A stretch of 64,000 bases of DNA from Tubiluchus corallicola (lineage: Eukaryota > Animalia > Priapulida), in contig JAQGDQ010000679.1 of the NCBI GenBank assembly GCA_030141605.1, positions 50,191-114,190 on the forward strand, given 5' to 3'. Positions within the stretch are counted from its first letter, which is position 1, and each line of letters begins with the position of its first letter. A program made the translations under genes and the position numbers. Below, in pieces: positions 1 to 13,889 of this stretch. Under the pieces are notes generated by a model. The model was given only the letters and a program-made list of their open reading frames with translations. It did not search any database and was not told the origin of the DNA.

Positions 1-375
1 GTCACTCAGGGTAAGCTTTTTAAATAGATCTTTTTATGCTTCCATTGAATCACTCACACAAGCCTTGAGATTGAGGATTATATGGAGTAGATGTAATCCC
101 TTTGATGTGGAAAGCTTCTTCTAGTTGCCTTATGAGACTGGAACAAAATTGGGTGCCTTGGTCTGACTGGATTGACTCTGGTCATCCACGTCTACTAATA
201 AATTAGAGTAAGCACTTGGCTATAATGAGCCTAGGAGGCTTAATGCCCCATTAATTTCTCTTGCCCCATATTTGGCAGTTGCATCGCACAATACTGCTGC
301 TGCTGACCTTCCAAAATGAGATCCATTAATTGGTTATTGTCGCCAAAATTATTTGTGGGAGGCGAGCGCGAGAGG
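1..375 (-). mobile_element. Degenerate retroviral-type (rve) DDE integrase fragment
   Basis: Translates ...LPQII...NGSHF... and GITSTPYNPQSQGLCE*FNGSIKR with stop codons; typical integrase core motifs of Gypsy/Ginger-like elements. Confidence 0.7.
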
Positions 376-918
376 GTGTTTCCGCAAAGTGTATTGTGTG
401 AAGCTTGTTGAGGTAACGAAGCCTGTTGAACGCTGCTTCTGTCATGTATGCGAGTGGCAAATTCAGGTGCATCAGAACTGAGTTTAGTTTAGTTCGCGTA
501 GGAATGTGCTGCTGAACATTAGCTTTATTTATTAGTCCTAATTCATGAGGCCAGTTTGGTTCCACCTCATGTATGTAAAGTGACCACCAAATATTTAACA
601 TTTCCGATTCAAAGTCTGTTTCACCTGTAGATGGCGCCACGTGATAAATGTTGCGTATACTGTCCCAGGGCATACTAGGACCCATGAAATGAGCAACCAT
701 CAAATCAAATCAAATCATCACCACTTCTATTCTAGTTATGTTTCATACAGGATGGATGCAGAAACAGCTAAGTAGGCAACGCTTAAAATGAAAGAATGAT
801 TTCACACTGAAACGGAAAAGTGCAAATAAGTAAAGCAATGAAAAGTATTTTTTAGCGTCGAAAAATATCAGCAAGTGATTAACCACGCATATTATTTTAT
901 CATCAGGGCGAAAGTAAC

Positions 919-1135
919 TTCCTCGTTGTTGCCTAAGGCACATGAAAGTTACGATTGTTTCAATGGAAAGGTATCCTCGTTCTTGTTGCCTAAGGCACAT
1001 GAAAGTTACGATTGTTTCAATGGAAAGGTATCCTCGTTCTTGTTGCCTAAGGCACATGAAAGTTACGATTGTTTCAATGGAAAGGTATCCTCGTTCTTGT
1101 TGCCTAAGGCACATGAAAGTTACGATTGTTTCAAC
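919..1135. repeat. 57-bp tandem repeat, ~3.8 copies
   Basis: ttgcctaaggcacatgaaagttacgattgtttcaa... repeated. Confidence 0.95.
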
Positions 1136-1669
1136 AGAAAACCACGAGGCTAGAAAGTGAACTGATTGATATGCTTTGTATTACACATGCATAGATTATG
1201 CAACCTCATAATAAGTCTAAATTTCGACTACCATATTATTTGCTTGTTGCAACCCAGTTATACTTTTATTTTCTACAAGTTTTTAGGTAGTAATAAAGCA
1301 ATTAACTCACCTATTTGCTTGTTTAATTTAATACTATGGCTTAGCCGTTTTACGCATTCAGTACAATGGTTAGGTACTGTACAATATGTTTAGGACAAGT
1401 TTGATTCAACGTGAATTGTGTTCATTTTGCACGTTGTCAAAGCCATTTTTCACGTTGTGTATAAATCGTAGCTATTTTACAAAATGTCTAGGTAAAGTGT
1501 AAAAATGCTCCAGCGAAAACGTTTGGATAAATGCATGTAATATACTAAGACAGTCTCTAAATGAATCAAAGTTTTGAATAAATTACACATTTGTCTGTTA
1601 CCGTTACCGTTAGCGCCGAAGAACAGAGGTAAAGCTGTAAATTATAAACCTAGCCGCTAATGTACCTAC

Positions 1670-2120
1670 TGTAATGTACTGTACTGCACTGTGCTGTACT
1701 GTACTGTACTGTACTGTACTGTACTGTACTGTACTGTACTGTACTGTACTGTACTGTACTGTACTGTACTGTACTGTACTGTACTGTGCTGTACTGTACT
1801 GTACTGTACTGTACTGTACTATACTGTACTGTCCTGTCCTGTACTGTACTGTACTACGCTACGCTACACTACACTACAATACACTACACTACACTACACT
1901 ACAATACAATACACTACACTACACTATACTATACTGAACTAAACTATATTATACTATGCTATGCCATACCATACCATACCATACCATACCATACCATACC
2001 ATGCCATGCCATGCCATGCCATACCATACCATACCATACTATACCATACTTTACTATACTACACTACACTATACTATACTATCGTAATATATATAGTTTA
2101 AAAAACTTAGCTCATGTATT
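1670..2120. repeat. Compound pentanucleotide microsatellite (GTACT)n-(ACACT)n-(ATACC)n, block 1
   Basis: Direct reading; duplicated at ~2700-3140. Confidence 0.95.
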
Positions 2121-2699
2121 GGAGGCTGCTCTCTTCTTGATTTTGTAAGAATGCCCTCTAGTCCCACGATATGTCTGAGATGGAAACATTTTGTTAGCAT
2201 CAATGTGATCAAAACCAGTGGTAACTCGCGTATAGGTACACTGTGGAACTGCAGCACAGTATTGCTGAAATTAGACATTTTATAAACCTAGCCGCTAAGC
2301 ATGCCCACACATTGTTTAAAAAGATTAACAGCTTGTCAATTATCTTGTTGCATACTGTCTCTATTTAAAATAAGCATTCAAATTCAACTTTAACTACACT
2401 TGGGATCCTGTAATTGCAATAGATTCTGCGAATGATCATTAATGTCGTCTCTTATGTATAATATTGGATGGTTCACTCTGAATTCCAAATACTCACTTTA
2501 CTAATGAAGAAGTGATATCCATGTTACTAACCCTTTTAACTAACTGAATTTGTATATTACTTACTTTTTGGTATTGTTACGTATTATGTTTTTATTATTC
2601 TAATAATGCATGTAAACTGGTATTTATATGCGAACAAACGTAGTAAATGTATACTACACAATAATATACTATGCTATGCTATGATACGCTGTGTGTACC

Positions 2700-3140
2700 C
2701 ACCTGCACTGTGTTGTACTGTACTGTACTGTACTGCACTGCACTGCACTGCACTGCACTGCACTGCACTGCACTGCACTGCACTGTACTGTACTGTAGTG
2801 TAGTGTGCTGTGCTGTGCTGCGCTGCGCTACACACTACACTACACTACACTACACTACACTACACTACACTACACTACACTACACTACACTACACTACAC
2901 TACACTACACTACACTACACTACACTACACTGCACTGCACTATACTATACTGAACTAAACTATAATATACTATGCTACGCCATGTCATGCCATACCATAC
3001 CATACCATACCATACCATACCATACCATACCATACCATACCATACCATACCATACCATACCATACCATACTATACCATACTTTACTATACTACACTATAC
3101 TATACTATCGTAATATATATAGTTTAAAAAACTTAGCTCC
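2700..3140. repeat. Compound pentanucleotide microsatellite, block 2
   Basis: Same order of motifs and the same unique tail cgtaatatatatagtttaaaaaacttagctc. Confidence 0.95.
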
Positions 3141-3768
3141 TGTAAACGAATCTTGTGTTTCTGAATGCATACAACATCATTCTGGTTGCATAATGAGCGC
3201 AGTATATACAAACTACGAGGGTTCTTATTGAACAACACTTAGAGGATGCAACTCTTAGTAAATTACTTTGAGATGATATTGTATCCTGAGTAATATTTTC
3301 CATGACAACTTTAGATAGAAAGTTAATGCTTGCATGATTGTTTTACAAAATGACTTACGAAACGGTCATATGAGTGTGCCAATAGGCCATTGCATTACCA
3401 TTAAGCAACTAATTGCGGGATTGTTTACAAGATGACTTACGAAACGGTCATATGAGTGTGCCACTAGGCCAAGCATTACCATTAACTAAATTGTCTTTTT
3501 GTTTCTCTTGAAGACGCTACTACAAAGAAAACTTGAGTATTCACTTATTACAACGAGTTTGCCTTTCAACACTCTGCCTAGGGCAAAGCGATGTCATAAC
3601 TTGACGGCACCTAATGCTAAACATCTTGCTCATTTACTTTGGGAACTAATCTGCATATGAAAATTCAGTAGGCCGGTTTTATCATTGCTAGGGAACCGAT
3701 GTCTGATATGCTCGGTCCAACATTCATGTTGCTGCTTGATTCGGCTTCATTTCTTTTCAACGAGAATA

Positions 3769-3895
3769 ATTCATCTAAAGCATTATATTCATCTAAAGTA
3801 TTATATTCATCTAAAGTATTATATTCATCTAAGGCATTATATTCATCTAAAGCATTATATTCATCTAAAGCATTATATTCATCTAAAGCATTATA
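3769..3895. repeat. 18-bp tandem repeat, ~7 copies
   Basis: attcatctaaagcattat. Confidence 0.95.
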
Positions 3896-4646
3896 CGCCG
3901 GTTTTACTCTAGTTGAACTGTTGTCAGCAAAACCGATGGCGTTTAACAATGAATATGAGATATTGTTAAAAATGCTTGGTCATAATTACTTTTTTAATTT
4001 TGCGATTGCTCGTGATTAACCCTTTAACCGTGCGCATAGACGGAAATTGTATATATATATACATATACATATATATATATATATATATGTATCACCATCA
4101 TCACCACCATATATATATATGTATGTATAAAATCATCACTATGTATAGATGATGGTTCACAATACAATATACATATTGTTCATGGTGATAAATCTTTGTT
4201 TGCACAATACATACATACATGCAATTCCTCTATTTGCAGGCCGATAATTCTGCACTGTATCATTATATAAGAGCGTACATACAACGCGGAACACGGCCAA
4301 TTATAATTATGTCCTTAATACACGTACCGCAAACTTGCTTATAAAACATTTTAGCAATTATTTATAATGATTAAGATCCATAATAACAGAATTCATTCAC
4401 TGGGATTACTTAGACTACACTAGGAAGGTATTAAAAAGGACAAATTTTTCTACGTGCAAGATTTACTTAAAATATATTATAAGAACAAGGAGTTTTACTA
4501 AAATTTACCAGTTATACCTATACGTATATAAATAAACATATATAAGTGTGCGTGAGCTAAAATTTTTACTGTATTATGCATTTAACCCTTTTACATCTCT
4601 TTACAAACTAATAAGATATATATATAGAAAAACATTCTCTAACACC

Positions 4647-5026
4647 CAAGGGCGTATCAAGACTACGACGCTCTAGGCTGATAGTGCTACCTGCCCATTT
4701 CTATTGACAATTTATAGTTGTTTATGTAATAAATAGATTAATTAATTACTTGTGGTGTGTTAGTTAACCTATTTTCTACATGGTGATTGTTAATTAGGTA
4801 GTGCTTGCTTGCTGTGTAATACCTTGCATCTGTTCGTTATGTGGCACTTCTATAAAAGCCGTTCTGAGTAACTGCTTGTGGTGTGTTAGAAAATGTGCTC
4901 TTTACATGAATATAGAAGTATATACATTTTTTCGAGGAGAATCAGAATTTTTTCTAAAATGTGATTCCCTCAAACTTTGGCGCCCTAGGCTATAGCCTAG
5001 CTAGCCTATTGTTTAATACGCCTCTG
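4647..5026. mobile_element. Older hAT-type MITE
   Basis: Imperfect TIR caagggcgtat/atacgcctctg, degenerate 8-bp TSD ctaacacc/ctgacagc. Confidence 0.6.
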
Positions 5027-6021
5027 CTGACAGCACTGTTGTAGGTACTGCATTTTGCGTCATTACCCTTCTCAGACAGTAGTATATGGATTAGAAGCCA
5101 CACAGTAGTACAAGATTTACTACTCTCACACTCTTATATTGCACAGGTAGAACTTGTATACACAGGTATATGTTATGTTTAAAATTTAACCCGTGATTAG
5201 ACTCCAACTGGGTCCCTTTTGCCGACACAGTCTGGCATTTCTGGACGCAATATTCGACCAACAATGTATTTATGCATTATAGCTTTCTAGTCTAGTGTAG
5301 TACTTTGTAAAATGTATTTTTCTAGTACGTATTTCAGTAGTTTTGCTGAAATTATACTTGTAGCTAACCAGTACAATTAAATTTGTATTTTTGCAGAACT
5401 TAGCTATGGAAACGTAACACTGGTTTGAACGTGTCCATTGCATCCACTTTTTGTCACTTCTGTCACAACTAGTTTCATATATTTGTTATAATCATCAGGT
5501 AGCTGAAAAAGAAGGATTCAACATACAGCATGTAAACAACTAGTCTTACATTTAGCTAATAAAATTCTTATGATAATCATTAATAAACGAAGTGTGGTTG
5601 TACCTTAATGAGTATCCAATCAAGCTTATTTATGCATAATTTCTATGATTCAATGTATACAATGTTAACACATAGCTTTCATTTAGTAGCAGGCCAGTTG
5701 CTCACTGTGCTGACCACTAGTCAGATACAGTAAGTATGCAATTTGTCAATTCGGTGCTGCCGTCTATCACAGAAAAAACTATTTTCCAGCTATTTAATTT
5801 TATGAAGTTTAATTTCGGTTTCATAATATTTATAAATTCCTCCACTATTATTTTCTGTAGTAATTTGCATTTCCTTTAGAAATTTGGAAAAGGCGTATTA
5901 CATTAAAATCCTGTTTGCCACAATGTATCTAGACAGCCCGAGTTTTCTTACTATGGAGTCCTTATATGTTGTCTATGTACTCTTTGAACTCTTTGAACTC
6001 TGGTTAGAGCCAATGTTTAAA

Positions 6022-6143
6022 GTGTGCGCGTGTGTGTGTGCGTGCGTGCGTGTGCGTGCGAGCGAGCGAGCGAGCGTGTGCGTGCGTGCGTGCGTGCGTG
6101 TGTGTGTGTGTGTGCGTGTGTGTGTGTGCGTGCGTGCGTGTGT

Positions 6144-6188
<45 letters not shown>

Positions 6189-6390
6189 CGTGTGCGTGCG
6201 TGCGTGCGAGCGTGCGTGTGCGTGCGTGCGTGCGTGCGTGTGTGTGTGTGTGTGTGCGTGCGTGCGTGCGAGCGTGCGTGTGCGTGCGTGCGTGTGCGTG
6301 TGCGTGTGCGTGTGTGTGCGCGTGCGTGCGTGTGCGTGCGTGCGTGTGTGTGTGCGTGTGCGTGTGCGTGTGTGTGTGTGTGTGTACATG
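6022..6390. repeat. (GT)n/(GCGT)n microsatellite
   Basis: Alternating purine-pyrimidine tract. Confidence 0.97.
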
Positions 6391-9300
6391 CGTGAGTGCA
6401 CGCCTGCTTATACATAGCACATAGAAAAAATTAGGACAGTAACAAACTAATAAATAAATAAATGAATGTAAATATGATGCAAACACAAAGGTAATGTTTA
6501 CTGAGCAATCAAACACAAAGAAATTGGTACAAAACCATTAGTGTTTCCTTTCGCGTTTAATAACTCATTACAACTTCATTGGGTTAAAGCCTAAAACTGT
6601 CATTCTTTGTAGGTGACTAACCTAAAATGCAGGTTAATTGTACTTTTTTCAGTTCCATACCTATAAAAGACTCGACTGCATCAGTTAAGTCAAAAGACGA
6701 AAAATTTTCTTTTAAAGTGATTATTGTTACTCCAATTGTTAGAGATTATTGTGATACTGTGACGATTTTGTATAAACTTGAGAATGGCTGGTGCATATCA
6801 TCTGACATGTTTTCTTCTAGTAAGTATTACCTTTTACACATTGTTCGAAATTATCATTGTTAAAACAATGAATGCACTTATTTGCATCATAGACAATGTA
6901 ATGTAGAGTGCCTGCAAGATTCGATTATTCTATCAAAGAAACGCGAGATAATGGACCTGATGATAATGCAGAGCTGCCAAAGTTCTTTTTCGAAGTCATT
7001 TCTGTGTTTATGTAGAGAATTTCCTTTTTGACGATGTAGCAAATTCACAATTAATTAAATTTTGTTACTAAGCTTGAAAGATGAGAAATGTGAACAAGCC
7101 TAGCAATGGCTCTTAGCAACTTTGTTTTCAGCTTGTGACAGCAAGATTATTCCTCAAAAATTTTATTTAATCTCAATGTAATATTTTATTGTGTTGTAAT
7201 GTATAGTGTTGTGTTGTTATATATTTGTGCACTATCTGTAAATTTTAACTGAGTGTTAATAAATAAAATTAAATTAAATTAAATGGACTAACCACCTGCA
7301 CTGAGATTATGAATATAATTTATATAAGATGTGGCATCATCTATCAATTTGCTTTGGGCATGGAACTATTGGTACTATTCTTCTGCTTTTTTCATCCCTG
7401 TGCTGAGATGCAGTATTAAATGTTTCAACATGTTTTTGAGCTATTCTTTGGCTATTGAAGCCATTATCAAAATATAAATCAAGCCAAAACGAAGAACAAA
7501 TAATACATTAATGATACAAAGGCAAAAACTGAAACCTGAAAACAACAGACTAGAATTCAACTTGTCAAAGTAAATTAAGTTGTAACGGAAGAAATTGCAG
7601 AAAAATGTAAAAAAAATTTACCTAACACACGAGAATTCTTTTTTTTTGGTTCTCAGGTGTTTGGTAAAAATTTTGTTTGGCTTCAATTCGCCACTCAATA
7701 AGTAAACATTTTGTTTGGCCTCAATTCGTCACTCAGTAAGTAAAAATTTTGTATGGCTTCATTAGCCCAAATGAGCGTCACTCAATAAACAGATTCCTAG
7801 AAGCTAGCTCTGTATTAAATGTTTGCTCATTACCCTGACGTGTGTTTTTGCAATGTGCTTCAATTACTTAATTTGTTAGTGTAATTGCTTTGCAGATAAT
7901 CACTGTTTGTCTAACTATCAGCGCTGGAAAGCCACAGCAGATAGTTAATCTCAGAAACGATGTTGAGGAGGCGCTTGATCAACTTGACGCGAACGGTAAG
8001 ATTCGCTTTCAATTTCTCATAATTGTATAACAGTAGCAAAAACGATGTAAACCGCTTTCAAAAAGCTGTTGACTGCATAGTCATAACTGTAGGTATATTT
8101 TTCTTGGAATTTAAACATCTTGTCACCTGCAGTCTGACGTAGGCTCATACTTAGCCAGACATTGATCATCACACAACCCGGAACATTACATTGCCCCCAG
8201 CACAACAAAAGTAACCTGTATGAACCAGAACGATTTTTTTTACTTTCAATCTTTTATTACTTAGTGTCACAGGGCCAACGAAAGCAGGAAATTTACACTG
8301 CTGGCAATTTCACTACCTGTGAACGTGTTGAGTCCTATAATTTCACGGCATCACGTAGCCTGCTTGGTGATCAAAGTGCTACCATCAGCAAAACCAGCAT
8401 TAATTTGTATAATCTATAATACATTAGAACGGCGGGTAATGACAATGCCTGGAACAGCCGTGAAATTTCTCAAATTCAGACAATAGCTGTTCCTAATAGC
8501 GTGCAGCACTCTTGGGTTGAAAAAAGAACTCAATAAAGAAGGATCTGTTTTTAACGAGAGACGTGATAAGTATAAGTGGACTTGCATGCTGCAGTGATTG
8601 CCCAAGCTGCCATATTTTTGAAGGTAAATGATCGCAAGGCGCCCTGCTAACGCAGAAAGAGATTCGCATGCATGTAAATTTTAATAACTGTAAGAATGTT
8701 GAACATAATTAACTAAAATTGAGTCTGGCGGAAATGTAAAAGTAGTCCCTTTTTTTAAAAGCATCTAATGTGCCGCTATTTGTGAAATCATTTGATAACT
8801 TTCTTTGAGAAAGAGCAAATTCAACCGATATGACTGCACGGCAAAAAATGATAGCTCCAAGTTATACTGCTCAACGTCATAATACATTGAAAATTATAAT
8901 TATAATCTTACTGTGCAGAACAGACTTCAGTTAATGACTCTGCTACAGTATACAGCATTTTTCTGAAAATGGCAGTTCAGTGACTTGGAAACGTGCTTGT
9001 GCACGTTATGGTGTTTACTTTTTGTCATCTGTGATTGTTCCTTTACTTTTTTGCAAATTTTATTTGTTTATGCTGGTGTCACAATATTCAGTTGAAAAGA
9101 CTTGTATGGCCAAAAGCTTTAATAAAACCAAAGTATGTAGAAATCTGAAAGAAAGGGTTTTGTAAGTGCATTTCGTAAGCTAATCTAACTTAACGAAACT
9201 TGGAATGTACTATTAACTTTCACGTACAACAAAATTTTTGTCAGCGCAAGTTAATCCACAAAATTTGGTAGGTATAGAAATGAGACATACGTCACAAGCT

Positions 9301-11491
9301 TTTTCATCAGCAACACAGTGTAAGATCACGCATCTTTACTAGGTTTGATTACTACTTTAATAGTTCAATGTCCATTTTCACTGTATTTTCTTCACTCATT
9401 TTCTAACTGCTATTATTTTTGTACTATCTTATTTTAAATTAATTAATAGGCTAAGTATAATCAACGACCCAAAGATGTGCCTCAAAACACGATTGGACAA
9501 ATTTACGCAAGATTTTTTTCAACAATTCTTTAGTTAACTTAAGTACTAAATTTCGATTTTTGTCAAGCAGCAGCTGCTAAGCCGAAATTTCTAACTATAA
9601 ACATGTTTTGTACTTGTAATACTAATAGTAATAGCTAATAGTGTACACCATTCTCTAAGTGCAATATAACATTGTCTAAGTCTAAGTCGAATTACCAACA
9701 TGGCTGCCTATTTCTTTTACTAACTTGTGAACAAGTAATTTTTAATACCATAACTTGTATTTGCATAATGAACACAATATTATCGTCACTTCACTATGAC
9801 TAGGCTGCTGTAAAATTTCATTTAGGTTTAGCTTGCATATGAAACATTATGCTCGCATTCTTTCCACGACGGTAGGTACCCTTTCCCTCGCAACAAATTG
9901 TCGGTATCCTCACTCGTTTACAACATCAAATTTGACAAAGTTTTTACTGGAATGCATTTGTTAATATATTCTTAGCAAACGCGCGGTTAACTCTTTTTAT
10001 TTACCAAAAATTATCGGACGCGGAATCATCGTCATCAAATCACACATGAATTACAATCGTGGAAGTCTAGAATCACACAGAAATTAGATTTGTTTTAAAC
10101 TTAACAACTGTTAAAATTATAAAAAAGCAAGATTCTGAAAAGGGACACTTTGCTTCAGTTGTGTTATGTATTTACCTACCCATATTTTCAACACTGTAAC
10201 ATTGTGTGGGGTTTGACATATGCTTCTACTTTGGACAGGTTAATCAAATTACAAAAAAGTTAATTAGAATTGTTGCCCATTCAGATTACAACACTCATAG
10301 AAATGCTTTATTATTATTACTATATTATTTTCACTATAGCATTTTTATAATGCTTAATAACATTATTTTATTATACATTTTTTATATTCATTATTGGAGC
10401 GTTTTATTTCTTTTAGTAAATTTGGTTATATAAGTCTGGTGTTTTCGTCTCCAACCATACTTAAATATTTTATTTGTATGATGAAAATAATGTATTTTGT
10501 TTATCAGAAGTGTACTTTTGTATAAAATTTTCATTATTTACTAACACTCTCATTTTCCTTTTTAAAATTTAACAAACTTAAAACTTATGACTTTATTTAA
10601 ATGATTTTCATCAGTTTTCTCTATAAAGACATATTATTACCTGTGTAAAGGACCATATTTTTATGCTCTTTAACAGCTTAAATTTGTAATGTTGATTACA
10701 CACGAATTCAAAGAGTTCACGGTAACATTGCAATGTATTACTACTATTTTTATTGTTAGTGGAGTTTGAGCCTTGCCTTAAAGGAGAAGGGTTAGGATAT
10801 TACAGAGTTCACCTGGTCTATAGTACGTATGGTGAAGCCATGTTTATAAGTATGGTGAAGCCATGTTTATAAGTATTTAATATGGAAATGAATTCTTAAA
10901 ATAAAAAAGACTGCCAGTACCCACTTGAGGAAAGACATGACTTTTATTTAGACACAATATCCTTTGTAACGTTTCCAGCTACAACATGACCAGTTGTAGG
11001 TCAAAACGTCAAATTGGTGCTGGCCGTAATTACATTAATTAGTAATTAATAAGTTGTCAACGTAATTTAAATTTCTGCTGTTCAAAAAATTTTATCTAAC
11101 CTCTTTCATTTTTCCTTATATTACTGAAACAGAAATTGGGAATATGACACAACAGTTTCACTGTTGTTCTATGAAAGCTGTATGTGTGTGTGTGTGGGGG
11201 GGGGGGGAGGCGGCTGCGTGCGTGCATGTGCAGGTGTGTGTGCGGGTGCGTGCGCGCGTGCATGCGTGTGTGTTTGTGTGCATACGTGCATGCGTACATG
11301 CAAGTGAGGATTCGAGTGAATGACAAAAGAAAGTGTGGAGAAAGAGACAGGGGGATGGAAGAAATACAGTGAGGAAAGACAGAAAGAGAAGACTGAAAGA
11401 AGGTGGGGACGAAGAAAGAGAGAGAGAGAAAGTGAGAAGAATATTTCCAGATTGAATGAAGTGAGTCTGCAAATGTACCCAGCAGTGATGT

Positions 11492-11754
11492 AAAGACAAG
11501 GTAGGTCATCAAAGGTCACCCGGCAAAGACAAGGTAGGTCATCAAAGGTCACCCGGCAAAGACAAGGTAGGTCATCAAAGGTCACCCGGCAAAGACAAGG
11601 TAGGTCATCAAAGGTCACCCGGCAAAGACAAGGTAGGTCATCAAAGGTCACCCGGCAAAGACAAGGTAGGTCATCAAAGGTCACCCGGCAAAGACAAGGT
11701 AGGTCATCAAAGGTCACCCGGCAAAGACAAGGTAGGTCATCAAAGGTCACCCGG
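11492..11754. repeat. 33-bp perfect tandem repeat, 8 copies
   Basis: aaagacaaggtaggtcatcaaaggtcacccggc. Confidence 0.97.
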
Positions 11755-12059
11755 TTGTCATTTTAAAAGCTCAACTTGTAAAGCAGCTAGAAAGACAAAA
11801 TTTGACAGATACTTTGTCATAGTAGAAGTTTCCATAACAATGGTAAATAGTGTTCCAAGCAACAGCTAGGCTTTTGGTCGGAAAAAACTAAATAACCGAG
11901 TAACCCCATGCTTCGCATTCCGAGCTAGTTTTTCATATATTTGAGAAGGCTTACAGATTTTGCTTGATAACATTTGAATGACCGATAACAGATGAAAGTT
12001 AGTGAGAGACAATGGTGATGATATTTTTCACTCACCTAGTAACATTTGTATTATTTAAT

Positions 12060-12094
<35 letters not shown>

Positions 12095-12141
12095 GCTCAT
12101 GTCTTTTCTAAATGTATAAAAGTATTTAATTATTTTTGCAG

Positions 12142-12263
12142 TGGCTGCAAAGTTTTGGTTTCGTCGATAATGCATTTTCAGTTCTGTTTGTGGATGATAA
12201 TGGTTACTTAGCTGCGTTCCTATCCGAAGGAGATCTTGTTATTATCATTGATTTAGCGATAAT
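12142..12263 (+). CDS. Pentraxin-like exon (WLQSFGFVDNAFSVLFVDDNGYLAAFL...)
   Basis: ttttgcag / AT|GTAAGT, open beta-strand-rich frame, phase 0 to 2. Confidence 0.75.
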
Positions 12264-13770
12264 GTAAGTATGTACACCACTCTACTTATATGCTAAATCT
12301 TGAAAACTACTTGTGTCTATGTGTGTGCGCATGCGCGTGTGTATGTACAGAAATGGTGTACCTTTGTAGTAGCAGTCTAGTCATGAATGATCAGTCCCGT
12401 CATCATAAATTGACTCACTGATGCGCGGCCATGTTGTTTATCGCAGTACACATTTTATATGCATTTTAATGAAAATGGGAATTTCTCAGTCGGTCAATCC
12501 AGATGGCTGAACGAGCATTGTCATCATTTCAGAATGGGACAGAATAATAGATCCCTTTTATAGATCACAAAAACCAACAAAAGCAAACGATTTATTCAAT
12601 TACTAACGGAACAATTATTGTTAAAATAATTTATAAAACTACTTAGAGCAGAACAGTTAAAATTAATTTTTGCATATGTAACACTAATCTAGTTAATGCT
12701 AAAGATAAAAACATTGCAAATTGAAGCACTACATGAAATTGTATCATTAATTTCGGTGGTATTTGGATTTTCTTGTATAAGCTAAACCCTGCAAAAGAAT
12801 TTTGCACACAAACCAATGACAACCCACACCACACAACCCACACCACACCGTCCACACCACCCACACCAAATGACCCATACCACACCATGCCTCACTGCAT
12901 CGCACCACACTCAGTGCATCACTTCACCACTCGATTTCTTTCAGTCTGTCAGTCAGGGATTCTTCCCGGTACCCCTTCATTAAGTTAAACGCGCCCATAC
13001 AATTTTATCGATACATTCACTAATTCTGCTGATTGTGAGTACGTCTTGTTGTCTGTATTTGCTTTACGAAATATTTGTCAATACGAAAGTCCGTGCAAAA
13101 TCCTCAATAATTGATCAAGTAGTTGGTAATTCTCGGGAAATCTTTCTCCATACCCCACCCGCACAAATTACGCAGTGGGCGGATAATGCTCAATGAAGCG
13201 GGAAGTTATAACATTGTGCACTAGCAAACAGAGGGATCAGACTAGGTTGAGTCAGTAGCTTAAATGCTAAGACGCACGCCAAGAACCCATCAACTCTGTT
13301 AAAATACTGATTTGTTCACAAATTTTCAGCGCCTCTTTCTTTAACTAATTAGCTGTTAGACTAAATCTTGTAAGCGTGAAGAGTTTCTTAAGTGTGGGTG
13401 TTGTTTGTTAACTCTGGTCAATTTTCGTACAATACGAAAAACTACCGTCAAAGATGTAGCTTTCATAATGTTAGTTTTTACTAACAGCTAAAAACTGACT
13501 CGTTACTAAAAAACTGCCTGAAATGTCAGACATTTGCAGAAGTCTTACAGTTTGTTTCTCTACTACTAAATCTTTGCATGAAAAAAGTACTATTTTTGCT
13601 GAATGAAGTGCAAAACTTGGGTTTGATAGATGTAAGATTTTGCCGCTTTTAAATCATTTCAAACGCCAATTATGACGCAGTTTTGCTGTCTGCTCTTTCC
13701 AGAGTATATCAGCTGTAAACGGGTTTTTCACTTTTGTCTGAAATGCCCTACTTTTGTCTCTTTCTTATAG

Positions 13771-13889
13771 AACAACTGTTCCAAATTTCGCCGAATTGGT
13801 ACTAGATGGTGAATGGCATCATATCGCACTAACGTGGAAGGTACAAGAATCGGTAAAAGTCTACGTGGATGGATCTTTAGTACTAGAAG
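13771..13889 (+). CDS. Pentraxin/LamG core exon (DGEWHHIALTWKVQESVKVYVDG)
   Basis: ttcttatag / G|GTGAGT; hallmark DGxWHHxxxTW...YVDG motif. Confidence 0.9.

Noticed and set aside
5884-6516. His/Thr- and Cys/Val-rich ORFs
   Set aside because: (GT)n/(GCGT)n microsatellite artefacts; the same applies to ORFs at 1674-3113, 36321, 38597, 46652 and 56547-57278
5190-6583. piggyBac-like element TTAA|CCC...GGG|TTAA
   Set aside because: TIR match is only a few bases and there is no second copy in the window
8162-8620. Short ORFs in the pentraxin intron
   Set aside because: No recognisable motif and no donor that keeps the frame
10957-10965. U12-type donor ATATCCTTT
   Set aside because: Only 5 nt after an acceptor, with no matching branch site and AC acceptor found; probably chance
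10987-10989. Selenocysteine recoding of the in-frame TGA
   Set aside because: No SECIS recognised by eye, the position is not a conserved Cys, and a second lesion exists downstream; a SECISearch run on 15893-16500 would settle it
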